Of a stretch of DNA of 63,694 nucleotides, positions 56,306 to 63,694 are shown in pieces. Below the pieces are notes generated by a model. The model was not told the origin of the DNA. It searched no databases and saw only the letters and a program-made list of their open reading frames with translations. The stretch lies in IMG/VR virus record IMGVR_UViG_3300047564_001096, positions 1-63,694 of that record; one strand, 5' to 3'. This DNA is from a virus (Duplodnaviria; Caudoviricetes). How positions within the stretch are numbered: position 1 is the stretch's first letter; every line of letters begins with the position of its first letter. The position numbers and the translations under genes were made by a program.

Positions 56306-57210
56306 TGTAGGTTGAACTCATTTACTGGGCGAGTAGAAATATTTATCAGGTCAAGGTCAGGGTTGTATCCACTCTTGGCTGGAACGATATTTGCGTAGAA
56401 CTCGGTAACATTCTTACCCTCTGCATGAACCTTGTTCATAAGCATGACTGCCTTGAACTCGTCAGGCAATTCCTTTACACGCTTGAACGGCTTGACTTCA
56501 TGGAAGTAATACTCGTCGTGACCTTGTCTTGGCATCGCTTTAACTGAACCTATAACTAAATGATTTAACTTATCTGCACCGATTGCATAGAACTCATTGA
56601 GGAAAAATCTTTCAATATCTTTTCGCTTCTCTACCTTGATTCTATCTTGCCCATTCCATTTGTCAAGTACTTCTTTACAATTATTTAGATTTAAATTACT
56701 AGGACTTTCCCCTAGTAAGATTACCTTGAGCATTGTATGAATTTCGTCGGCAGAAAAATTAGTTTGCTTCCAATCTCGACCATGATGAGAGTCCATCTGA
56801 TTAATACCAGCATTAAAAGATTCTTTACAGACTGTCATTAGTGTTCCACCGATGGGTGGAACGACATTTTGTCGCTTAAGTGTAGCCATCAGCGTTGAGA
56901 GTTTTTTACTATGCAAAGTCTCTCGGTCAGCAGAGTCAGAGCCACGCTCTTTCTTGTAGAAAGGCGAGCGATAGTTATACACGTCATGCCCATCTTCCTT
57001 GTCTACCCACACCTTTGCCACCATGAAACCGCTAGATTCAGCGAGTAAAAAGCTAGTAGGACTACTACGGCTTAGAGCATGAGGATCAACTTTGTCTACA
57101 ACCTTCAGACCATACTTAAAGTTTAGTTCCTGTATGAGTCTTTTAGCTGACGAGTCATTAATAAGATGCTCGAGATGCTCACTTTCAAATCCTTCGTATA
57201 TGAGTTTCAT
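56275..57210 (-). CDS. Hypothetical protein (start refined to MKLIYE)
   Basis: AAGGAG SD before 57210. Confidence 0.8.
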   Translation of the reverse strand: MKLIYEGFESEHLEHLINDSSAKRLIQELNFKYGLKVVDKVDPHALSRSSPTSFLLAESSGFMVAKVWVDKEDGHDVYNYRSPFYKKERGSDSADRETLHSKKLSTLMATLKRQNVVPPIGGTLMTVCKESFNAGINQMDSHHGRDWKQTNFSADEIHTMLKVILLGESPSNLNLNNCKEVLDKWNGQDRIKVEKRKDIERFFLNEFYAIGADKLNHLVIGSVKAMPRQGHDEYYFHEVKPFKRVKELPDEFKAVMLMNKVHAEGKNVTEFYANIVPAKSGYNPDLDLINISTRPVNEFNLHWTLIPCSGI

Positions 57211-57221
57211 ATTACTTCTCC

Positions 57222-58238
57222 TTATAGTTGTTCTACTTCTTTGCCATTGACAAACACATCCACGCCCCACTCACTTGGAGGGTATGCTTCGTTAGGTACA
57301 TACTCTGTGAGTTTCATAACTGATGGATTACTCTTGTACAACTCCTTGTTCAGCTTACGTTTGAGATTACTGAACACTACGTCTAACTCCACCTCTCGCC
57401 TGTAACTACTGCCATTGGGTTCAGCGAACGCACGATGTTTTGAATACAAACTCTGAACGTCGTACGCAAGTGCGTACGCAATGCCAGCATCTAGTGATGC
57501 AGTATTTAGATTCTCCTCGGCAAACTTAATAAGTTTCTCTTGCTCTGCGCTATGCAAAGACCAATTTTCTGTTGTTATGCCCAATGACTTTAATACATCA
57601 GCCATCGCTTCCATGTAGCCTTTCCAGTCCATCGCCTTGAGCATGACTTCGTTGATTTTGTAGAAGTCTGTGTATCGGCTAAGAAAGTACTTGGCATCCT
57701 TACGACTAACACGCTTGCCAACAACTTTGTAAACGCTACTCTCATGGGGCATCATCGTCTCGCAGTTAAGTCTCATACCTTTAAAGATTGGATGAAAGAT
57801 TGAACTCACGTAGTTTGACTTATATATCATTCCACCATGACGTGAACTCCTAAGAAACCACCCACTCGCCCAGTTAGACATAATCATGTTGTCGCCCTGT
57901 CCGTAATATTTAGCAGTAAATTCAAACGTATTGTCTGAACGCACTATGCCCAACTCACTAGGAACTGAACTATAACTTTCATAGACGGTGTTTCCTTCCC
58001 AGTCTTCTCTCTCGTGAATAGTGCCTTGGTTGGCTTGCCACTCTTCTTTCGTATGCTCATTACGCTTATGGGTATAACCATACCGCACCACATACACTTG
58101 CTCGCCGTTACGCTCTTCGCTTACAAAGTCTTTAGTGTTGTGTCGTCTGTCACCAATGGGAAACCGATTGGTTGTCCCTCGGTATGGCTTTTGAGTTTTA
58201 GTAATGTCGGTAAGTCTGTCCCACGTCAATGCTTTCAT
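57222..58238 (-). CDS. Hypothetical protein
   Basis: 338-aa ORF with SD. Confidence 0.85.
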   Translation of the reverse strand: MKALTWDRLTDITKTQKPYRGTTNRFPIGDRRHNTKDFVSEERNGEQVYVVRYGYTHKRNEHTKEEWQANQGTIHEREDWEGNTVYESYSSVPSELGIVRSDNTFEFTAKYYGQGDNMIMSNWASGWFLRSSRHGGMIYKSNYVSSIFHPIFKGMRLNCETMMPHESSVYKVVGKRVSRKDAKYFLSRYTDFYKINEVMLKAMDWKGYMEAMADVLKSLGITTENWSLHSAEQEKLIKFAEENLNTASLDAGIAYALAYDVQSLYSKHRAFAEPNGSSYRREVELDVVFSNLKRKLNKELYKSNPSVMKLTEYVPNEAYPPSEWGVDVFVNGKEVEQL

Positions 58239-58423
58239 TGTCCTTCTCCTTTAAAGTGTTTATCTATATCGTTTAGTATGTCTTTCCAAATCTTTACACT
58301 AAACTCATCGCCTTCGTGTGTTGCTATCCTTCCTAATGCTATCGTGTATGCTCCTTCTCCATGACGTTTTATCAAGTCTTCTACAAGCCCATGTTTGATT
58401 CGTGCATATCCGCCGTCGCCCAT
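58235..58423 (-). CDS. Hypothetical protein
   Basis: Tightly packed ORF. Confidence 0.65.
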   Translation of the reverse strand: MGDGGYARIKHGLVEDLIKRHGEGAYTIALGRIATHEGDEFSVKIWKDILNDIDKHFKGEGQ

Positions 58424-58425
58424 GC

Positions 58426-59742
58426 TTACTCCCTTTCAAAGATAACTTTCTTACCGCATGGAATTTCTAAGCCACGGTTCTGAGTAATCATCCACAGGGT
58501 AGGTGGAACGATATTCCACTCGATGTCATGCTCGACGTAGCCATCGGTGAACACAATCACACACTCTGCGTTAAGTTTCTTCTCATTGATGTAAGTCGCA
58601 ACAGACCCCACGTGAGTACCACCACCGCCTAATGGTTTTAGTAATGATGCAATGTTGTTAAACGATTCGGGCTTGAAGACTTGTTCGCCATGCACCATGG
58701 TGTCCCACCACAAAACACGTACCGTTTCGGGTTGCACAAGGTCACAGATGGATGCCAGTTCTGAGGCAAACTCGGTAAGTTCAGCACCGCCGATAGAGCC
58801 TGACGTATCAATGGCTACGATAACCTCGCCGATAGTTTCGTTCTCCATGCTTGGCATATAAATATCATTTGCCATCTGACGCTTGTTCATCTTGCGCCAA
58901 GTGAACTCATCCTTGCCTTTCATCGCTGATGAAACAAAGTCACGTAGTGCATCTCGCCAATCAATCTTGGGTTCAAGTAACTCTCCGATAGCACGTGGCA
59001 TCTTTGCACCCATACGACCAGCGAGCATACCGCCCTCACGCAAAGCCTTATCAATCCCATCCGATAGTTCTTTGAGTTCTTCGGGAGTTATGTCCTTAAA
59101 TGATTCCCAGTCATGCTCATCGAAACCATCGCCACCCATGTCATACTCTTTGCCATTGGCTTTGATTTTGTTATCTTGCTTTCCACCCTGTGATGGAGAA
59201 CTATTCTGCGAATCATCATTGCCATCGCCTTGTTCGTCATCATCACTAGGTGAGCCTGATGAGCTACCCTTACCTTTACCTCGCTGAGGATTCTCTTTAC
59301 GGATATAGTTGTAGACCTCACGCATATTCCAGTTGTGAAAGAATGGGTCATACAACGCACCTTCGGGCAACGCAACAATAGCCTCGTTACCTCCGCTAAT
59401 AGTTCCTTTGATGTTGAAGATGATGTCGTTGACTACAAAATCCGCCGCCATGTTTGCAATCTTAGAATCTTCCTTGAACATATCCTTGCCACGTGGGATT
59501 TGTTTCAATGCCACATGAAGATTCTCATGGAGGACAAGACCACGCAACTTGGGTTCACAGTCGATAGTCTCTAAGAATGGCTTAGAGTATCTCTTGTTGA
59601 CACCATCGGTGTATGCCGTAAACATATCATCGCTCACCTCTGACTTACCCATCAGCATGACACCGCTATACAACGCAGTCTCAGGATGTTTCATTAGTGC
59701 GATGTGCGCTTTCTTCAAGCGAACTTCTTGTTTGTTATTCAT
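58426..59742 (-). CDS. DUF2201-type metallopeptidase + vWA domain protein
   Basis: TAYTDG, HENLH (HExxH), MIDAS DTSGS, GGGGT, FTDG. Confidence 0.9.
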   Translation of the reverse strand: MNNKQEVRLKKAHIALMKHPETALYSGVMLMGKSEVSDDMFTAYTDGVNKRYSKPFLETIDCEPKLRGLVLHENLHVALKQIPRGKDMFKEDSKIANMAADFVVNDIIFNIKGTISGGNEAIVALPEGALYDPFFHNWNMREVYNYIRKENPQRGKGKGSSSGSPSDDDEQGDGNDDSQNSSPSQGGKQDNKIKANGKEYDMGGDGFDEHDWESFKDITPEELKELSDGIDKALREGGMLAGRMGAKMPRAIGELLEPKIDWRDALRDFVSSAMKGKDEFTWRKMNKRQMANDIYMPSMENETIGEVIVAIDTSGSIGGAELTEFASELASICDLVQPETVRVLWWDTMVHGEQVFKPESFNNIASLLKPLGGGGTHVGSVATYINEKKLNAECVIVFTDGYVEHDIEWNIVPPTLWMITQNRGLEIPCGKKVIFERE

Positions 59743-59745
59743 TTG

Positions 59746-59841
59746 TTACTCCTTGTTAATTAGACAATATAAAAATCCTGTAATCACACCCAAACCGTAC
59801 ATGATTAAAGACCACATAAATATTCCGATTCCGACATCCAT
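59746..59841 (-). CDS. 31-aa single-TM peptide MDVGIGIFMWSLIMYGLGVITGFLYCLINKE (not in ORF track)
   Basis: GAGGAGG SD; hydrophobic; fills the gap. Confidence 0.6.
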   Translation of the reverse strand: MDVGIGIFMWSLIMYGLGVITGFLYCLINKE

Positions 59842-59869
59842 AGCTTTCCACCTCCTCGTGGTTAGTTAA

Positions 59870-60943
59870 TTAGAACAACTCGTGATTGTTTTTAGCCCAC
59901 TCTGCAATCTGCATATTGTGGCGAGCCAACTTGGTTGCCTTGGTGTTACGCATCATCATGGTAAAGAACACCGCTTGCACCTCTGAACTAGGAATCTTAT
60001 TAACGAACTTCATGAACTTGTTCAACTCGTCTTGAGTCTCTAGCACGTCGACTGCTTGGAACATAATCATTAACTGCGCTGATACCTCGTCGGGAACTTT
60101 AACTCCGTCTGGATCTTTGACGATGTCTTTTACATCCATCAGAGTCTTCTCTAGCGATAGAAACGCTGACATATCACCAGCACCAGCAAGACCGATAGTG
60201 CCAGCCAATGCGACCATCGTTGCGTTCTCACCCAATGTATCCCGATTACGCACAATCACGTCGCACTTAGCTAGAGACCTTGGCGAACAGAATGATAGTT
60301 GAGTCTTCTTGGGGTTGAACACGTATGGGTTGTCATCTTGGTTGCCATCACGATACGATGCCAATGTCCTTGGGAACAACGCAACGAACGCACGAACAAC
60401 ACGAGAGATACCTCTAGATGATGCCCACTCTAGCCAGTCATTGACTGATGGTTTGCTCATCTCCATGATGCACACACGATTACCAGCATGGGCGAGCATT
60501 GTGTCGCCGACCCCGTCGCTTGCATTATTCGACGTGCCGAAAACTATGCTTCCACTTGGTAGTGGAACGTCACCTACCATTCTCTCCAACATTAGTCGGG
60601 TAAAGATAACTTGCAATAGCTTTGGTGCTTTCATGAACTCGTCGAGCAAGATGACCTTTGGCTTAGGAGAGTCAAGCTTGAAGAGAGACGAAACATAATA
60701 CTCAAGAGACTTACTAGCATGATTGGGTATCGTCATACCTACGTCGGACATATCCTTGACAGGACAGTCCACATAGATATAGTCGTACTTGTCGCCATGG
60801 TCTGCTTCCATCATGGACAATATAGAAGTCTTACCACACCCAGGCTCAGAGACTATGATTGGTGTGATTTCTGAACCTATTAGGGGAATGACTTTGCGTA
60901 ACTCGTTGATGGTTACGGTTGCATTGAAGTTAAGTTTGCTCAT
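59870..60943 (-). CDS. MoxR/AAA_5-like AAA+ ATPase
   Basis: SEPGCGKTS, LLDE, GTSN, NR, SPRS. Confidence 0.9.
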   Translation of the reverse strand: MSKLNFNATVTINELRKVIPLIGSEITPIIVSEPGCGKTSILSMMEADHGDKYDYIYVDCPVKDMSDVGMTIPNHASKSLEYYVSSLFKLDSPKPKVILLDEFMKAPKLLQVIFTRLMLERMVGDVPLPSGSIVFGTSNNASDGVGDTMLAHAGNRVCIMEMSKPSVNDWLEWASSRGISRVVRAFVALFPRTLASYRDGNQDDNPYVFNPKKTQLSFCSPRSLAKCDVIVRNRDTLGENATMVALAGTIGLAGAGDMSAFLSLEKTLMDVKDIVKDPDGVKVPDEVSAQLMIMFQAVDVLETQDELNKFMKFVNKIPSSEVQAVFFTMMMRNTKATKLARHNMQIAEWAKNNHELF

Positions 60944-60959
60944 TTGTATTTCTCCTTGA

Positions 60960-61871
60960 TTAGATTGAATTGAAACTACCGAACTTGGAAAGAATATCGT
61001 CTATGCCTTCCTTAACATGATGGCGAACTGCATCGGAATCTCGAATGTCCTCTGCCTTCACACCACGTAATACTTCTTCTAGCGATGCACGTGCCTGTTC
61101 CAATCCTGAATCATTCTTAAGATTGAATCGCTTAAAACTTTCGCACATTTCTAGGGCTTTTTGTATCGTTGTGTCGTAAATCTTGCGACGCTTGGTGCGA
61201 ATCTCGCCGTTGACCTCTGACTCATCGACACCGCAACAATGCGAGATGGACTCCATAACCTCGACCATGCGTTCTGATTGTTCTTGCGCAATGGATTCGA
61301 TAATGCCGTGAGCCTGCTTTTTGTATGTATTAAACAAGTCATCAGCGATGTCCTCTGCTATCCCACAGCGAAAGTCGTTCATTGGCACTTCGGACACATA
61401 CAGGTTCAAGCTGAACTTGGAGTGAACTTGTTCTTTAGTTGGGTAGTCATCTCGGTTGAACATAGTACCTTGCTTGAAAGCCATGTCGGACACGATTGAA
61501 TCGTAGTCGCTTGTTAATGAATCCACTAACGCATGGAAAGCTATTTGATGTTCGTGATACTCTTGCTTGAACTTAGGCACGTCAACGCTTGGCAACAAAT
61601 TCTGCGATTGATTCCAGCGATAGGTGCGACGTTGAAGCCAGTTGTATACGGTCTGCCGATAATTCACCACCGCCTTGTGCTTGGGATGATTAGCCAACAG
61701 ATTCTTAACATACCTGCCCGCGGACTTATCCGCATTCTTTGCCGTAGTAACTTCATCACTGATGCCACGGTCTTGCTTGGTTGCTGACCACACGCTGATG
61801 TCTACGCTTACTAGGACTGCTGAACTAGCAAGGCTAATCAGGTGATCGGGTTTGGTTAATTCCATATTCAT
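60960..61871 (-). CDS. DUF3150-like protein
   Basis: Typical partner upstream of AAA/vWA; YPT...KF motif. Confidence 0.55.
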   Translation of the reverse strand: MNMELTKPDHLISLASSAVLVSVDISVWSATKQDRGISDEVTTAKNADKSAGRYVKNLLANHPKHKAVVNYRQTVYNWLQRRTYRWNQSQNLLPSVDVPKFKQEYHEHQIAFHALVDSLTSDYDSIVSDMAFKQGTMFNRDDYPTKEQVHSKFSLNLYVSEVPMNDFRCGIAEDIADDLFNTYKKQAHGIIESIAQEQSERMVEVMESISHCCGVDESEVNGEIRTKRRKIYDTTIQKALEMCESFKRFNLKNDSGLEQARASLEEVLRGVKAEDIRDSDAVRHHVKEGIDDILSKFGSFNSI

Positions 61872-62007
61872 ACACTTCTCCTTGGTTTGATTGAACTACG
61901 CTAAAAGTAAATCCACTATCACGTGGTAAGCTAAATAGCCCACCGCTACAACAACTAATAACTTCCCCCAAAAGTCTTCCATAAAAGTATCCTCCTCCAG
62001 TTTCATA

Positions 62008-62036
62008 AGTATACCATAACTTTACATTTGAGTCAA
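62008..62036 (-). promoter_or_regulatory. Strong sigma70 promoter TTGACT-N17-TATACT (copy 1)
   Basis: 29 nt identical to 63345-63373. Confidence 0.85.
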
Positions 62037-62059
62037 TGGTGATGTATGACTTTTTTATC

Positions 62060-62473
62060 TCACTCCCAGTCCACATACACCGACCGATTGACTCCTACCC
62101 AGTCATGTTCGCCGTTACCCCACACTTCCTCGACATTGTCATTAGTGTCCTCACCCACACGAGCAAACGCACCACCTATATATAAGTCATTCGTGTTGCC
62201 CTCGTCAGCCCACTCTCGTGCCAATCCCATCAAGCACTCGTGACATTGGACATCGGGGTAAGACTCATACCACTTGACTTCTTCGGCAAAGAACCTAATC
62301 TCCAGCTTGTCTTCAAGAACCTTAAAGACTTCATCCTCTTGTTCTGAAAAGCACAATGCCGTTGTCTCCTTTGACTTCGCTTCCGCTATGAATGTATAGA
62401 ACGAATGCTTGGCTTTAGTGTCATCCTCGCCCCCGAATCGTATGGTGTATGCAACAGTTGACCTATACCCCAT
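62060..62473 (-). CDS. Hypothetical acidic protein
   Basis: MGYRS...KWYESY...FARVGE. Confidence 0.85.
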   Translation of the reverse strand: MGYRSTVAYTIRFGGEDDTKAKHSFYTFIAEAKSKETTALCFSEQEDEVFKVLEDKLEIRFFAEEVKWYESYPDVQCHECLMGLAREWADEGNTNDLYIGGAFARVGEDTNDNVEEVWGNGEHDWVGVNRSVYVDWE

Positions 62474-62657
62474 GTTCTTCTCCTATGAATGTTCTAACCC
62501 AGTCTACGTATATCTCGTCTGCGTAGAGCCACCTTGCCATTCGCTTACTGTTTGGCACGTCTATCGGGTAATTAACCAATAGAGCATGGTTGTCGCACCG
62601 CACCAGCTTGTAGAACTCAGGCTTGTCGGGCTTGCGATATAACTTAATGACTTTCAT
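62463..62657 (-). CDS. Hypothetical protein
   Basis: Coupled small ORF. Confidence 0.7.
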   Translation of the reverse strand: MKVIKLYRKPDKPEFYKLVRCDNHALLVNYPIDVPNSKRMARWLYADEIYVDWVRTFIGEEHGV

Positions 62658-62835
62658 ACACCACCTCTTTCAGTTTGACCAACTCTCGGTCAAGGGCTTC
62701 CTCGCCCACCTCGTTGCGGATACGCAAAATCCTGTCTACGTTTCCACCATCTAGTAGAAACCTAGCCATCTCGTTACCGCCTGACCGAACCGCATTGATA
62801 ACTTGGAGTAGAAATATCTTATCTTCGCCTTTCAT
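62644..62835 (-). CDS. Hypothetical protein
   Basis: Coupled small ORF. Confidence 0.7.
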   Translation of the reverse strand: MKGEDKIFLLQVINAVRSGGNEMARFLLDGGNVDRILRIRNEVGEEALDRELVKLKEVVYESH

Positions 62836-63050
62836 TTGATTAGCCCTCCCTTGTTGTTGAGTCCCTTCAAGTCCTCTCTGTTGGTAATCATCATGTAGTT
62901 TGACTTGTGCATTGGTGCAACTGTGCGAACCACCTTCGTTGCTAGGTCATCACCGCATGGCATACAAATCGCATAGCCGATGGCTAACCGTTCCGCAGCG
63001 TAGGTCATACCGCATAGCTTACATTGTGGATTAAAAGTCTCATCAATCAT
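62832..63050 (-). CDS. Small Zn-finger protein
   Basis: CKLCG...R...GY..CMPCG...PMHKSNY. Confidence 0.75.
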   Translation of the reverse strand: MIDETFNPQCKLCGMTYAAERLAIGYAICMPCGDDLATKVVRTVAPMHKSNYMMITNREDLKGLNNKGGLIK

Positions 63051-63238
63051 GGTAGGTATCCTCTGTCGTCACCGAACGATGCTTCGTACTTGTCCAACCA
63101 GTCGTTGAACTCTGCTTCGTATATCGCCCATGCTTCGTCGCTATCTTCCATTCCACGATATCGTGGGTCGAGAATTGGCTTTTGTTTGCTAGCACGATGT
63201 TCTTCAAATTGAATCAAAGCATTTTTAAGTTTGCCCAT
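63047..63238 (-). CDS. Hypothetical protein (start refined to MGKLKN)
   Basis: AAGGAG SD; first gene after the promoter. Confidence 0.7.
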   Translation of the reverse strand: MGKLKNALIQFEEHRASKQKPILDPRYRGMEDSDEAWAIYEAEFNDWLDKYEASFGDDRGYLP

Positions 63239-63267
63239 GTCCTTCTCCTTCATTAGAGTTGAATGAT

Positions 63268-63295
63268 TTCCACTACCTCGTGGAAAGCTAAATAG
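63268..63295. promoter_or_regulatory. Palindromic site TTCCAC-N6-GTGGAA plus AGCTAAATAG tail
   Basis: Perfect copy in the leader downstream of promoter 63345-63373. Confidence 0.75.
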
Positions 63296-63344
63296 CGTTG
63301 AAGGGTTCGTCTTGCTTGGTAATAACTTGCCCATCAACATTATT

Positions 63345-63373
63345 AGTATACCATAACTTTACATTTGAGTCAA
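63345..63373 (-). promoter_or_regulatory. Strong sigma70 promoter TTGACT-N17-TATACT (copy 2)
   Basis: 29 nt identical to 62008-62036. Confidence 0.85.
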
Positions 63374-63542
63374 CCTCTTGTATGACTTTTTTTCGTGATG
63401 GGTAGCCAAAAAAATTCCAAGTTTGAGAAAAAGTTCCAGCGAAGTTCCAGTTTTAAAAAGCGAATTGGAATTTTTTTAGACTTAGTAGAAATGGGCTGAG
63501 AGCCTTATAAAATAAGGATGTAGTAGTAGTAGTATTCTTAAT

Positions 63543-63694
63543 AAATATATAAAAATTCCAAAATTCCAAGAAAATTTAAGAGGGGATACCGTCTGGTGCT
63601 AAATAGTTGCACTGGCTGAGCAAGCCTTGCTCTCCCTCTTTTTTCTCAATTACCCCCTGTCCCCTTCGTGCAAAACTTGGAATTTTGGAATTTC
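63543..63694 (+). repeat. Imperfect terminal direct repeat, right copy
   Basis: Matches 1-152 at about 87% identity. Confidence 0.9.

Larger units (their letters stand above)
1..63694. mobile_element. Near-complete tailed dsDNA bacteriophage genome (podovirus-like organisation)
   Basis: Complete packaging, head, tail, lysis and replication gene sets in two divergent blocks; no bacterial housekeeping genes; related sequence at both ends. Confidence 0.95.

Noticed and set aside
1-63694. tRNA genes, stop-codon reassignment, introns or inteins
   Set aside because: No cloverleaf seen in the gaps; core genes are intact and of normal length in the standard code

Overview
The window looks like an essentially complete ~63.7 kb tailed dsDNA phage genome of the podovirus type. 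The host cannot be read from the sequence; the gene set resembles uncultured freshwater phages of Proteobacteria, which is an inference. The + strand (3.5-43 kb) carries terminases, portal, GroES-like protein, scaffold, Mu-gpT-like major capsid, a cluster of tiny basic proteins, tail and fibre genes, lysis genes and ejection proteins, including a 2392-aa polyvalent protein. The - strand (63.3-43 kb and 2.9-0.4 kb) carries early and replication genes: DUF3150-like/AAA+/vWA-peptidase trio, PolA (Leu762), glycosyltransferase and FkbM methyltransferase, exonuclease, SNF2 helicase, SSB-like protein and primase-helicase. I saw no integrase, tRNA, CRISPR array or reverse transcriptase. The strongest unexplained signal is a bipartite palindrome, TTCCAC-N6-GTGGAA, with 6 perfect and about 9 near-perfect copies; all that I found lie in the early arc (54.4-63.7 kb and 0-3 kb), many inside coding sequence. 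Other signals are an unannotated 54-aa gene resembling the scaffold C-terminus, an overprinted 60-aa gene inside the giant ejection gene, two structured-RNA candidates, a shared xxGG / RADG..KGKTK peptide signature, a 37-aa peptide joining two fibre N-terminal motifs, modular early gene cassettes, and diverged (~87% identical) terminal repeats. Product calls come from motif recognition and synteny, not database searches.
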